From a virus (Duplodnaviria; Caudoviricetes), in the IMG/VR virus record IMGVR_UViG_3300026260_000032, positions 1 through 25,532 of that record: a stretch of DNA of 25,532 nucleotides, one strand, 5' to 3'. Both the position numbers and the translations under genes were made by a program. Shown in pieces: positions 1-7,761 of the stretch (within the stretch, counting starts at the first letter, position 1; each line of letters opens with the position of its first letter). The notes under the pieces are model-generated. The model had not been told where the DNA came from and did no database searches. It saw only the letters and a program-made list of their open reading frames with translations.

Positions 1-1
1 G

Positions 2-244
2 AAGTGGAAGCAAGTACCAGAACCCCAACCACGAACTGCGTCGTTAAATAATCCATCTCCCACATCACAACCTCCACCAACTGCATTTGTTGTTCCATCA
101 CAACAACAACAACGTCCTCCTATCGCAAGTACAGCACCTGTTTCTACTGAATCTGGAGTTAATCCTACAATTCTAGAATATTGTGGTGCATCTTTGAGTA
201 ATTATTATGGTGGTACTTGTGCAGCTGCTATTCACGGAGCATAA
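2..244 (+). CDS. 3' end of an upstream gene (partial); Pro/Gln/Ser-rich C-terminal tail, probably a tail/baseplate-region protein
   Basis: Frame 2 is open from the window edge: KWKQVPEPQPRTASLNNPSPTSQPPP...YYGGTCAAAIHGA, TAA at 242-244, 5 nt before the next ATG (250). Not in the supplied ORF track. Confidence 0.7.
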   Translation, partial: KWKQVPEPQPRTASLNNPSPTSQPPPTAFVVPSQQQQRPPIASTAPVSTESGVNPTILEYCGASLSNYYGGTCAAAIHGA

Positions 245-249
245 AATTC

Positions 250-1698
250 ATGACACAAACATACGCTTCAAGTTTTAAATTAAAAGAGGTTATTATTACT
301 TCATCTAATGGTAGTAAAACCGAGAATATCACTGGCATGGTGCAAAAGATTGATTACTTTGAGACTTTTGCAGCTCCTACTGTTGCTGCTGAAATGACAG
401 TTGTTGATAATGCTAAAAATATTATTTCATCTCTTCCTATTCAGGGATTGGAAAATATATCAATTAAAATATCGGTTGGTGATAGTGAATATGTTTATAA
501 TTTTAAAGTTTTTAAAATTTATTCTAGGTTTAGTACTGATAGAATGCAGACATATAAGTTGGGTTTAATTTCTCATGAAGCATTATTAAATGAAACTACT
601 AAAGTTGGTAAGCAATTGAAAGGTTATCCTCATGAGATTGTTGAGGAGGTGTTGAAGGAGCATATTGGAACAGAAAAGAATATAAGTGTTGAAGAGTCTT
701 GTAATAGTACAGTATTTTTTCCAGGAAGAAAATCCCCATTTGCTATTATAGATTCACTTACAATTAGATCTATTCCTCAATCAGGTAAGTCTGCTATTAA
801 TAAGAATAATAAGAGTAATTCTTTGGGTGGTGCTAATACCAAACCACCAAAAGGTGGTGCTGGTAAGAAGACTTCGGAGTATGAGAGTAAATTATCAGGT
901 ACTGCTGGTTATATTTTTTATGAAAATATTAGTGGATATCATTATAATTCTATTGATAAATTGAATGATCCAACTGGAAATCCACCTGTTAAAGAATATA
1001 TTCAAGAGAATGCTGAGATTGGTAGTGAAGATACTAGAATTAAAATTTTAGATATTGATTTTGTTAATGAGATCGATATGATGAGTAAGTTGAGAATGGG
1101 TACATTCTCTTCAATGGTGTGTTTTTATAATATTAGTACAGGTGCTTATGATGAGACATCATATACATTAACAGACTCATTCAAAGCAATGAATCATTTG
1201 GGTGAACAAGATGGAGTTCCTACTGGACAGGCAGAACTAGCAGAACATCCCACAAGAATTATGTCTATATTAATAGATCATGAGACATGGAATCCTGATA
1301 ATGAAATTGCATCACCAGAGCAGAAGGATGGTGGTAGTACTAAGCAAAGTAAAGATGAAATTATTACTGATTTTCAGAAGCATTATGTTGTGCAATCTGT
1401 AGCACGTCAGAATTCTCTTCAGAATCAAAAGGTTATAATTAAAGTACCAATTAATCCTGCTTTGGAGATAGGACAAACAGTGAAGATATTGATACCAAAT
1501 ATGGTTCCCGGAGCACATAAGGATGAGGATATATATGATCCTGAACACAGTGGTGTGTATTTAATTTCACAACTCACACATACTTTTGATTCTTTCAAAG
1601 AGGTTGGTTGTAGTACGCTAATAATAATTAGAGATACCTATGGTATGAAGAAATCTGGTGCACAAGTAACTAAAGCATCTTCAGATCCTGGTATTTAA
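250..1698 (+). CDS. Baseplate hub protein, T4 gp27 / VgrG N-terminal / GpD-like
   Basis: ATG 250 (MTQTYASS...) preferred over the TTG at 217, which overlaps the upstream gene. Motifs AGYIFYEN..GYHYNSIDKL and HSGVYLISQLTHTF resemble hub proteins, and the gene lies directly upstream of gp5. Confidence 0.7.
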   Translation: MTQTYASSFKLKEVIITSSNGSKTENITGMVQKIDYFETFAAPTVAAEMTVVDNAKNIISSLPIQGLENISIKISVGDSEYVYNFKVFKIYSRFSTDRMQTYKLGLISHEALLNETTKVGKQLKGYPHEIVEEVLKEHIGTEKNISVEESCNSTVFFPGRKSPFAIIDSLTIRSIPQSGKSAINKNNKSNSLGGANTKPPKGGAGKKTSEYESKLSGTAGYIFYENISGYHYNSIDKLNDPTGNPPVKEYIQENAEIGSEDTRIKILDIDFVNEIDMMSKLRMGTFSSMVCFYNISTGAYDETSYTLTDSFKAMNHLGEQDGVPTGQAELAEHPTRIMSILIDHETWNPDNEIASPEQKDGGSTKQSKDEIITDFQKHYVVQSVARQNSLQNQKVIIKVPINPALEIGQTVKILIPNMVPGAHKDEDIYDPEHSGVYLISQLTHTFDSFKEVGCSTLIIIRDTYGMKKSGAQVTKASSDPGI

Positions 1699-1701
1699 GT
1701 A

Positions 1702-1709
1702 GATAAATA
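1702..1709 (+). promoter_or_regulatory. T4-type late promoter (NATAAATA)
   Basis: GATAAATA in the 31-nt gap between genes, 20 nt upstream of the gp5 ATG at 1730. Confidence 0.7.
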
Positions 1710-1729
1710 CAATATATTTGTAGTTTAGT

Positions 1730-4700
1730 ATGGATCCCGTTTTAACATCAGTATTACAAACTAATCGGATTGGATCTGATGGATTCGTTTGGTGGATCGG
1801 TCAGATCGAATCTAGTAGTGATAGTGACAAAAAGCATGGTGGAAGATTTCGTGTAAGAATTGTAGGTGAGCATTTAAAGAGTTGTGATGTAACTCCAACT
1901 GAGGAATTGCCATGGGCACAGTCCATGATGCCGTTAACACATCCATATTCTGATGGTGGTACGACAGGTGGTAGTGTTAATCTTCAACCTGGTAATTGGG
2001 TTCTTGGATTCTTTTTAGATCCTGTTGAGAAACAGAAACCAATGATTATGGGATCTATTGCCCATACACCTGGTTCAACTGTTGTTAAGAATGAAGATCC
2101 TACACCAGGAGAAGATGGATGTAAATCATTTACTACTTTTACACAACCTAATGTTAAACCAACACATCATGAGATTCCAAGCGAACCAGGCCAGGTAGAT
2201 CCTGAGACTGATGCTGATACCTCTGGTGGTACACCCAAATCTTCACTTGCTCATATAGAGGCTACGAAGGCATTAAAAGCAGCAACGGAGGCCAATTCAG
2301 AGACAAATACAGGTGGAACTAAAGTATGTGTCACAGTTGCTAACCCCAAGTGTGGAACTGAAGGCAAATTTGATAAGTCATTGAAGAATATTATATCAGA
2401 GATGCTTGCTGCTAATAGTGGTTCATCTTCTACTGTTGGTAATAACTTTGTGAGTGGTGCTAATGGTTTTCTATATGATCAAACGAGTATTGCTAGGTAT
2501 CATATAGGTAGAGTGAATCGTTTAGTCACTTCTTTGATGGGAAGAGTGCAATCTGAGATGATTAAGTATATTCGTATGGGGATTGAGTGGATTGTTAAGA
2601 CAGTTCTTGGTCTGAATGTACCAGAAGAACAGGCAAAGCAAGTACCTTTAGATCCTGAGGCAACGCATGAGACAACAAGACCAGAAGGTAATATTTTAAA
2701 GAGAGTTAAGAAAACATTAGATAAATTACTTGAATCGTTAGGATGTTCTATTGAGGATATAATTCAACAACTTACTGAATGGTTGACTGATTTATTATTC
2801 AATTATCTTATGGAAGTATTTTCCCCTGCTGTTTGTTTTATTACTGATTTAGTAGAGGGTGTTCTTAATCATATCATGGGTCTTATTGATGGTTTGATTA
2901 ATATGGTTCTTGGACCATTGGAATCTATTATGTCTATTATTGGTGGTGCTGGTGGTATAATAGGTAATGTGTTTAGTAGTGTTATGTCGTTCCTTGGTAT
3001 TACATGTAGTGGTCCTGATGCTGAGTGTAAGGAAAATGTATGTGTGTGTAATGATGGTTCTTCATGTGAAGATGAGGAAGAGGAAGAGGATAAGAAACCT
3101 GACTGGTTAGATAAACTTATAGGTGAGATTGAAGAAGGTGATACTGGAGATAGATTTGTTTGTGATGATGCTAAAGATTATCTTGACGAAAAGAATACTA
3201 ATATTACTTTCGTTGGTGGTGTTCCACAGGCTCCATTACCTACGATACCTACTAGGGGATCTACACCACCAGGATCTATAGGTAATGTTCCTACACCTGA
3301 TTCATTCTTCCCACCAACTGCTGTTGATCCTGCGAATGATCCATCCATTACTCCACCAATGCCTGATGAGGATGATCCTGATGATATACTTGATGCGGTT
3401 AATGATTATATGGATGATATCGCTTCTGGTGGAGATGGTACAGGTAATGGTACAGGTGATGGAAGTTTTGAAGATGGGTATGATGATGGTACTAGTACTG
3501 ATGAAGATGATTTACCTGAACTTCCTATAGATGTAAATGGAAATAAGTATTATAGTGTTGTTGCTGATCCAGATTATGTTTATGATACAGAGACAATTAC
3601 ATTTACTGTATATACATCTAATGTTCCTGAGCATCATCAGTTAAATTATACATTATCAGGAACTACTATAACAGAAGATACTCTTGCTCCTGGAGATCCT
3701 AATCAAGATGACGATAATAATGCATTAACAGGAACGTTTGGTGTTATTAAGAAAACTGTAGTCACTGATCAAAGAGTTAATTCTGAGGGGGTGTTTGAGG
3801 ATGTAGATATTGTTATTGGAGCAACACCAATACAAGTGACAATTGCTGATGATGCACAAACATTAGCACAACAGAAGATGAAGTTTACTTTACATGAGAC
3901 AGTATCAGGAATTGTTCCTCTTAATGGATTTACTATTAGTCAATCTGGTACTGGGTATAGTGTTGCAGATGCTTATTTGACAACCACTACTGGTAGTGGT
4001 GTGGGATTAACAATTAATGTAACAGAGGTAGATGCTGATGGTAAAATAACAGGTGCTACTATTGATGCACCTGGTTTTGGATATCTTATTGGAGAGACAG
4101 TTTCTATTTCTGGTGGTAACGATGATTCTGTTATTACTATTGATGCAATTGATAGTGTCATGGTAGAACATGCAAACACAGAGATAACTATTGCTGGTAA
4201 CATGGATTCATTACTATATCCAGATGGAGTATCTACTAGTACTTTAGTTAATTATCAAGTATCTGCAGATAAGAGCAAATATAATGAAGGTGAAGATGTA
4301 GTGATGACTATTAATACACAGAATGTACCTGATGGTACTAAGGGTGAATATTTAATATATGGTGATGTTACTGCTAATGATCTTGTGCAAGATAGTTTGA
4401 GTGGTAAATTTGTTGTTCGTAATAATACTGCTGTTGTTACTATTGGTTTGTTGGATGATTTGGATGATGAGAATGATGAGAGTCTTTACTTTACTATTGT
4501 TGGTTATGATGCAACTGAAGTAGTAACTATTAATGGTACATATGTTGCTCCAACAATTTCTACAGAACCTGATCCTCCTGCCCTAGATAGACCTACTGCA
4601 GGAGATCCTATTACAGATCCTCGTGGATCAATCATAAGTATACCTATTGACAATAAAGGTGATCCATATTATGAACCACCTAAGGTTCTTATTACTGGTG

Positions 4701-5119
4701 CTGGTTATGGTGCTACTGGTATTGCTTTATTGGATGCGTCTGGGTATGTATCTGAAATTAGAGTAACGAGGGGTGGACTTAATTATAAAGAGAACCTTCC
4801 GAGTAGTAGTGATGTTAGGTGTATTATTGATTCCTTTACTATGATTGCACCAGGCATTAGATATGAAACTGTTCCGAAAGTATATGTTGATGGTGAGACT
4901 GGTGTTGCTAAGGCAGTGATTGATAATCGTGGTATGGTGGTGAGTGTTCAAATATTAGATAGAACAATAATATATGATCATACACCAAAAATTGTTATTG
5001 TTGGTGGTGGTGGAATGGGGGCATTTGCAATGCCGAGTATGGTTTGTTTGTCTGAGGAAGATCTTGAAGCGGCTAAGTACGTTAAGATTGGTACTGGCAA
5101 ATATATTGATTGTCCTTAG
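1730..5119 (+). CDS. gp5: gp5-like baseplate hub/central spike protein, N-terminal part (OB fold plus large accessory region; no lysozyme domain recognised)
   Basis: gp5 OB-fold motifs GFVWWIGQIE...GRFRVRIVGEH...LPWAQSMMP...GNWVLGFFLD...QKPMIMGSI. These are followed by an amphipathic helical region, a Cys cluster, an acidic Pro-rich linker, two Ig/Calx-beta-like units and GxGY repeats. Confidence 0.85.
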   Translation: MDPVLTSVLQTNRIGSDGFVWWIGQIESSSDSDKKHGGRFRVRIVGEHLKSCDVTPTEELPWAQSMMPLTHPYSDGGTTGGSVNLQPGNWVLGFFLDPVEKQKPMIMGSIAHTPGSTVVKNEDPTPGEDGCKSFTTFTQPNVKPTHHEIPSEPGQVDPETDADTSGGTPKSSLAHIEATKALKAATEANSETNTGGTKVCVTVANPKCGTEGKFDKSLKNIISEMLAANSGSSSTVGNNFVSGANGFLYDQTSIARYHIGRVNRLVTSLMGRVQSEMIKYIRMGIEWIVKTVLGLNVPEEQAKQVPLDPEATHETTRPEGNILKRVKKTLDKLLESLGCSIEDIIQQLTEWLTDLLFNYLMEVFSPAVCFITDLVEGVLNHIMGLIDGLINMVLGPLESIMSIIGGAGGIIGNVFSSVMSFLGITCSGPDAECKENVCVCNDGSSCEDEEEEEDKKPDWLDKLIGEIEEGDTGDRFVCDDAKDYLDEKNTNITFVGGVPQAPLPTIPTRGSTPPGSIGNVPTPDSFFPPTAVDPANDPSITPPMPDEDDPDDILDAVNDYMDDIASGGDGTGNGTGDGSFEDGYDDGTSTDEDDLPELPIDVNGNKYYSVVADPDYVYDTETITFTVYTSNVPEHHQLNYTLSGTTITEDTLAPGDPNQDDDNNALTGTFGVIKKTVVTDQRVNSEGVFEDVDIVIGATPIQVTIADDAQTLAQQKMKFTLHETVSGIVPLNGFTISQSGTGYSVADAYLTTTTGSGVGLTINVTEVDADGKITGATIDAPGFGYLIGETVSISGGNDDSVITIDAIDSVMVEHANTEITIAGNMDSLLYPDGVSTSTLVNYQVSADKSKYNEGEDVVMTINTQNVPDGTKGEYLIYGDVTANDLVQDSLSGKFVVRNNTAVVTIGLLDDLDDENDESLYFTIVGYDATEVVTINGTYVAPTISTEPDPPALDRPTAGDPITDPRGSIISIPIDNKGDPYYEPPKVLITGAGYGATGIALLDASGYVSEIRVTRGGLNYKENLPSSSDVRCIIDSFTMIAPGIRYETVPKVYVDGETGVAKAVIDNRGMVVSVQILDRTIIYDHTPKIVIVGGGGMGAFAMPSMVCLSEEDLEAAKYVKIGTGKYIDCP

Positions 5120-5124
5120 GAGGT
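5118..5124 (+). promoter_or_regulatory. Strong Shine-Dalgarno sequence overlapping the gp5 stop codon
   Basis: AGGAGGT 8 nt upstream of ATG 5133. Confidence 0.8.
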
Positions 5125-5132
5125 AATTTAAA

Positions 5133-6311
5133 ATGACATTTCGAGGGAATGATAGAGAATGGGTCCACGGCGGCGGCCGCCCCGGGGGGCGCGCTGGTCG
5201 TACTCCTCGCGAGGGTACAACAGGACAAAACGCAAGAACTTTTCATCCTAAACAGACTAGTGGACCTGCAGCAGAACCAACAGGTGGGAGACAGAAAAAG
5301 GATGGAGCAGTTTGTGAAAGTACACCAAATAATTTTCTTACTTATGCTGATTGGATGGGATTATGTTGGATGGGTGAGAATGGTCAGCCTGGAGGTTATC
5401 TTATAGGTGATGGTTCAAAGACTTTCCTTATGGATTCATTGAATAATATCACTTTTGCTACTGGTAGAGTATCTGATGGTAGTCCTGGTAGTGGTGTTTT
5501 TACTACCACCAGTGCTGATCATATAGTTAAAACTGGTACATATCATTTACACGCAAAGGGACCACAAGATTCCACAAGAAAAGCGAGTGATAAAGCAAAA
5601 AGTGGTGAAAATACTAAGGATAAGTCTGCAATCTCATTATATGGGGAAGGTGAAATTGCTATAGAATCTACAGGTGATGATGTTGGTATAAAAGGTGATA
5701 ATATTGTTATTAATGCTGTCAAGACTCTTACTTTAAAAGCTGGTGAAGCAATTAATATTGAGTGTGGTGATGGTAATGGTAAGACTAGTCTTCATACTGG
5801 AGATTATAATATAAACACTGCTTTTATTAATGAAACAGTTACTGGCGGTAAGCATACTGATGGTTCTGGTGAAGTATGTACAAATCAACTCTTACCTGGA
5901 TCTAAAATAACTAGCTGCTCTAGTGGTAGTCACAACCATGTGATGCTGGGAAACTATAGTATGGGTTTGCCTTTAAAGGGTCATTATAATGTTGATGCTG
6001 GAACGAATATAAATTTCCAAACTAGGGTAGGTGGTTTTGGGTTTAGAGCTCTTATTGGTGATTGGAAAGAACAGATTAATGGGCAAAAAGTGAATAGAAT
6101 AATGGGTATACCCGTTAAAGGGTCCAAACCAAATCCAGGAGCATGGACTATTCATGCTGGACCAGGAAAAGCTAGTGTTATTATTACTGGCACAAATAGT
6201 TTCTGGTCTACTTTTGGTGTTGGTGTAAGTTTTCTTACAACTGCTGGGTTGGTTACCGTTAATGTTGGTGGTATTTTGAGTATTACTGGAACCACAATTT
6301 TCTTAAACTAA
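5133..6311 (+). CDS. gp5 C-terminal-like trimeric beta-helix spike protein
   Basis: Repeating short beta-strand/Gly pattern (GEIAIESTGDDVGIKGDNIVINAVKTLTLKAGEAINI), C-terminal ...ITGTTIFLN typical of spike ends, strong SD, position directly after the gp5 OB-fold gene. Confidence 0.7.
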   Translation: MTFRGNDREWVHGGGRPGGRAGRTPREGTTGQNARTFHPKQTSGPAAEPTGGRQKKDGAVCESTPNNFLTYADWMGLCWMGENGQPGGYLIGDGSKTFLMDSLNNITFATGRVSDGSPGSGVFTTTSADHIVKTGTYHLHAKGPQDSTRKASDKAKSGENTKDKSAISLYGEGEIAIESTGDDVGIKGDNIVINAVKTLTLKAGEAINIECGDGNGKTSLHTGDYNINTAFINETVTGGKHTDGSGEVCTNQLLPGSKITSCSSGSHNHVMLGNYSMGLPLKGHYNVDAGTNINFQTRVGGFGFRALIGDWKEQINGQKVNRIMGIPVKGSKPNPGAWTIHAGPGKASVIITGTNSFWSTFGVGVSFLTTAGLVTVNVGGILSITGTTIFLN

Positions 6312-6326
6312 TTTCACTTTTTGATT

Positions 6327-6361
6327 ACATGAATTCGGCAAAATAATCGCCGTGTGTTTTT
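6327..6361 (+). terminator. Possible weak intrinsic terminator
   Basis: CGGC(6336-6339)/GCCG(6349-6352) stem with a 9-nt loop, outer ACAT/GTGT pairing, then TTTTT. The stem is short. Confidence 0.25.
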
Positions 6362-6378
6362 CCTCAAAAAAGTCGATT

Positions 6379-6407
6379 TTGACAAAATAGTGTTATTCGT
6401 GTAAAAT
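6379..6407 (+). promoter_or_regulatory. sigma70-type (early) promoter
   Basis: TTGACA (6379-6384), 17-nt spacer, TAAAAT (6402-6407); intergenic, with A/T tracts upstream. Confidence 0.75.
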
Positions 6408-6412
6408 AAATA
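6405..6412 (+). promoter_or_regulatory. T4-type late promoter overlapping the sigma70 -10 box
   Basis: AATAAATA matches NATAAATA. Confidence 0.55.
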
Positions 6413-6437
6413 CTGTTTGAAACGTAGAATGAATTTA

Positions 6438-6701
6438 ATGACTACCATTAAGCACGACTTAGACCATGAAGTTTACATCGAACCAGATGGTAAAGAACAT
6501 ATCAATCATGGTATGCTGGAGTATACTGAAGAAGATCTAAAAACTTCTCATGCTTATTATGATGAGTATCATAGGAATGATGAGGTAAATAAGAATGAAG
6601 GTAAAATCAATGATTTTCATACAAGGCACGAAGATTCAAAATTAGAAGTGTATTGTGAGAATCATCCTGATGCATTTGAATGTAGGGTTTACGACGAGTG
6701 A
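6438..6701 (+). CDS. cp12: CP12-like small acidic, His-rich protein
   Basis: C-terminal LEVYCENHPDAFECRVYDE matches the CP12 C-x8-C-x-VYD(D/E) motif. No AWDxVEEL core and no N-terminal Cys pair. Start is ATG 6438 or 6429; the TTG at 6417 is too close to the promoter. Confidence 0.7.
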   Translation: MTTIKHDLDHEVYIEPDGKEHINHGMLEYTEEDLKTSHAYYDEYHRNDEVNKNEGKINDFHTRHEDSKLEVYCENHPDAFECRVYDE

Positions 6702-6728
6702 TCTAAATAAAGTATAATGGATTGATTG

Positions 6729-6995
6729 ATGGATTATAAACTTTCGCAACGATATTCTTTTTATATGGGTAATGTGGTTAGAATGTATTTTATCCAAGAT
6801 GTGCCATATACTTTTGATGAATTACCGTCAATTATACAGGAACACCCTTCCATTCAGGTCGAAGCAATGGAGGGGAGGGATTATACAGATGAAGATTTGT
6901 GGAGATGGAATTCGTATTTAATGGAAGAAGAATGTCATCCTTTGGCATTTGAGATTCCTGTTAATGATCCTGAATTATTACCTAAAGATGATTGA
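6729..6995 (+). CDS. Small acidic hypothetical protein
   Basis: 88-aa ORF from ATG 6729 (VRMYFIQDVPYTFDELP...); fills the gap and overlaps the cpeT start by 8 nt (ATGATTGA). Confidence 0.75.
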   Translation: MDYKLSQRYSFYMGNVVRMYFIQDVPYTFDELPSIIQEHPSIQVEAMEGRDYTDEDLWRWNSYLMEEECHPLAFEIPVNDPELLPKDD

Positions 6996-7506
6996 TAAGT
7001 TTAATGAATGGTTTGAAGGAAAATGGGAGAATAAAGTACAGGCGTTCTCGTTTCCTGCAAAATATGCGATGGTGCAATTAGAACATAGGAAAGTGGGAAA
7101 ATATTTTTATTGTGAACAGGCATATAATTATAAATTATATGATCCTTATCGGACATTTGTGATAGAACCATTTGAAGATAATGGTTGTATTAGGATCAAG
7201 AATTATGATTTTCCAAAGAATATACATAAAGGTTTTCATAATCTCGATTTGCTTGAAAATGCCTTGACACATAAGAAAGGATGTGATAGTATACTGAAGT
7301 ACACAGGAGAGAAATTTGAGGGGGGTATTGCTGGATGTGAGTGTCGTGTTGATTGGAATGATAAAGTTACATATATGTTATCTGAGGTTTTTTTGAGTAG
7401 TAGATCTTATCATGTTGTTGATAGGGGATATCTTTTGGATACTACAGAACAAGTATGGGGGGGAAAATTCGGAAAATTTGAATTTAATAAATTAACGCCA
7501 CAATAG
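6988..7506 (+). CDS. cpeT: CpeT/CpcT-family (T-type) phycobiliprotein lyase
   Basis: Motifs FEGKWENKVQAF..P, FYCEQAY...DPYR, KGCD, GCECRV, VVDRGY...EQVWGG..G.FEF are typical of T-type lyases. ATG 6988 is coupled to the upstream stop; 172 aa. Confidence 0.9.
   Translation: MIDKFNEWFEGKWENKVQAFSFPAKYAMVQLEHRKVGKYFYCEQAYNYKLYDPYRTFVIEPFEDNGCIRIKNYDFPKNIHKGFHNLDLLENALTHKKGCDSILKYTGEKFEGGIAGCECRVDWNDKVTYMLSEVFLSSRSYHVVDRGYLLDTTEQVWGGKFGKFEFNKLTPQ
7264..7292 (+). promoter_or_regulatory. sigma70-type promoter inside cpeT, probably for the tRNA cluster
   Basis: TTGACA (7264-7269), 17-nt spacer, TAGTAT (7287-7292) preceded by TGn (7284-7286); about 200 nt upstream of tRNA-Thr. Confidence 0.5.
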
Positions 7507-7568
7507 CATAACGATAATGCAACCCACTTGTAATGGGTAGACTGTAGGTTTGAATCCTACTTGTGGCA
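7497..7568 (+). tRNA. trnT: tRNA-Thr(UGU)
   Basis: Acceptor GCCACAA/TTGTGGC, D stem GCAT/ATGC, anticodon stem ACCCA/TGGGT with loop CT-TGT-AA, T stem GTAGG/CCTAC, discriminator A, followed by TCA rather than CCA. Confidence 0.9.
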
Positions 7569-7594
7569 TCACGCAGGCCTCCCATCATTTTTAT

Positions 7595-7668
7595 GCGGAT
7601 ATAGTTTAGAGGTAAAACTAAAGGTTTCCAACCTTTCGTCGTCGGTTCGATTCCGTCTATCCGCTCCA
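7595..7668 (+). tRNA. trnG: tRNA-Gly(UCC)
   Basis: Acceptor GCGGATA/TATCCGC, anticodon stem AAAGG/CCTTT with loop TT-TCC-AA, T loop TTCGATT, discriminator T, encoded CCA; one U-U mismatch in the T stem. Confidence 0.93.
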
Positions 7669-7669
7669 A

Positions 7670-7743
7670 TCCCCTGTAGCTCAATCAGGCAGAGCGCCAA
7701 ACTGTTAATTTGGATGTTACTGGTTCGATTCCAGTCGGGGGAG
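7670..7743 (+). tRNA. trnN: tRNA-Asn(GUU)
   Basis: Acceptor TCCCCTG/CGGGGGA, D stem GCTC/GAGC, anticodon stem CCAAA/TTTGG with loop CT-GTT-AA, T stem ACTGG/CCAGT, discriminator G, no encoded CCA. Confidence 0.95.
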
Positions 7744-7761
7744 TTTAACTCAATTTTAATG

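Noticed and set aside
101-112. (CAA)4 microsatellite
   Set aside because: It encodes QQQQ in a low-complexity tail; too short and in frame, so no sign of phase variation.
217-249. TTG start for the hub gene (likewise TTG 6417, 6726 and 6949 for later genes)
   Set aside because: Downstream ATGs (250, 6429/6438, 6729, 6988) fit gene packing and promoter positions better.
5117-5135. Readthrough or frameshift fusing the two gp5 parts
   Set aside because: TAG is followed in frame by GAG GTA ATT TAA, the next ORF is in another frame, and it has its own strong SD.
6703-6718. CTAAATA and TATAAT upstream of the 6729 ORF
   Set aside because: Possible promoter elements, but the late motif is non-consensus and there is no properly spaced -35; too weak to call.
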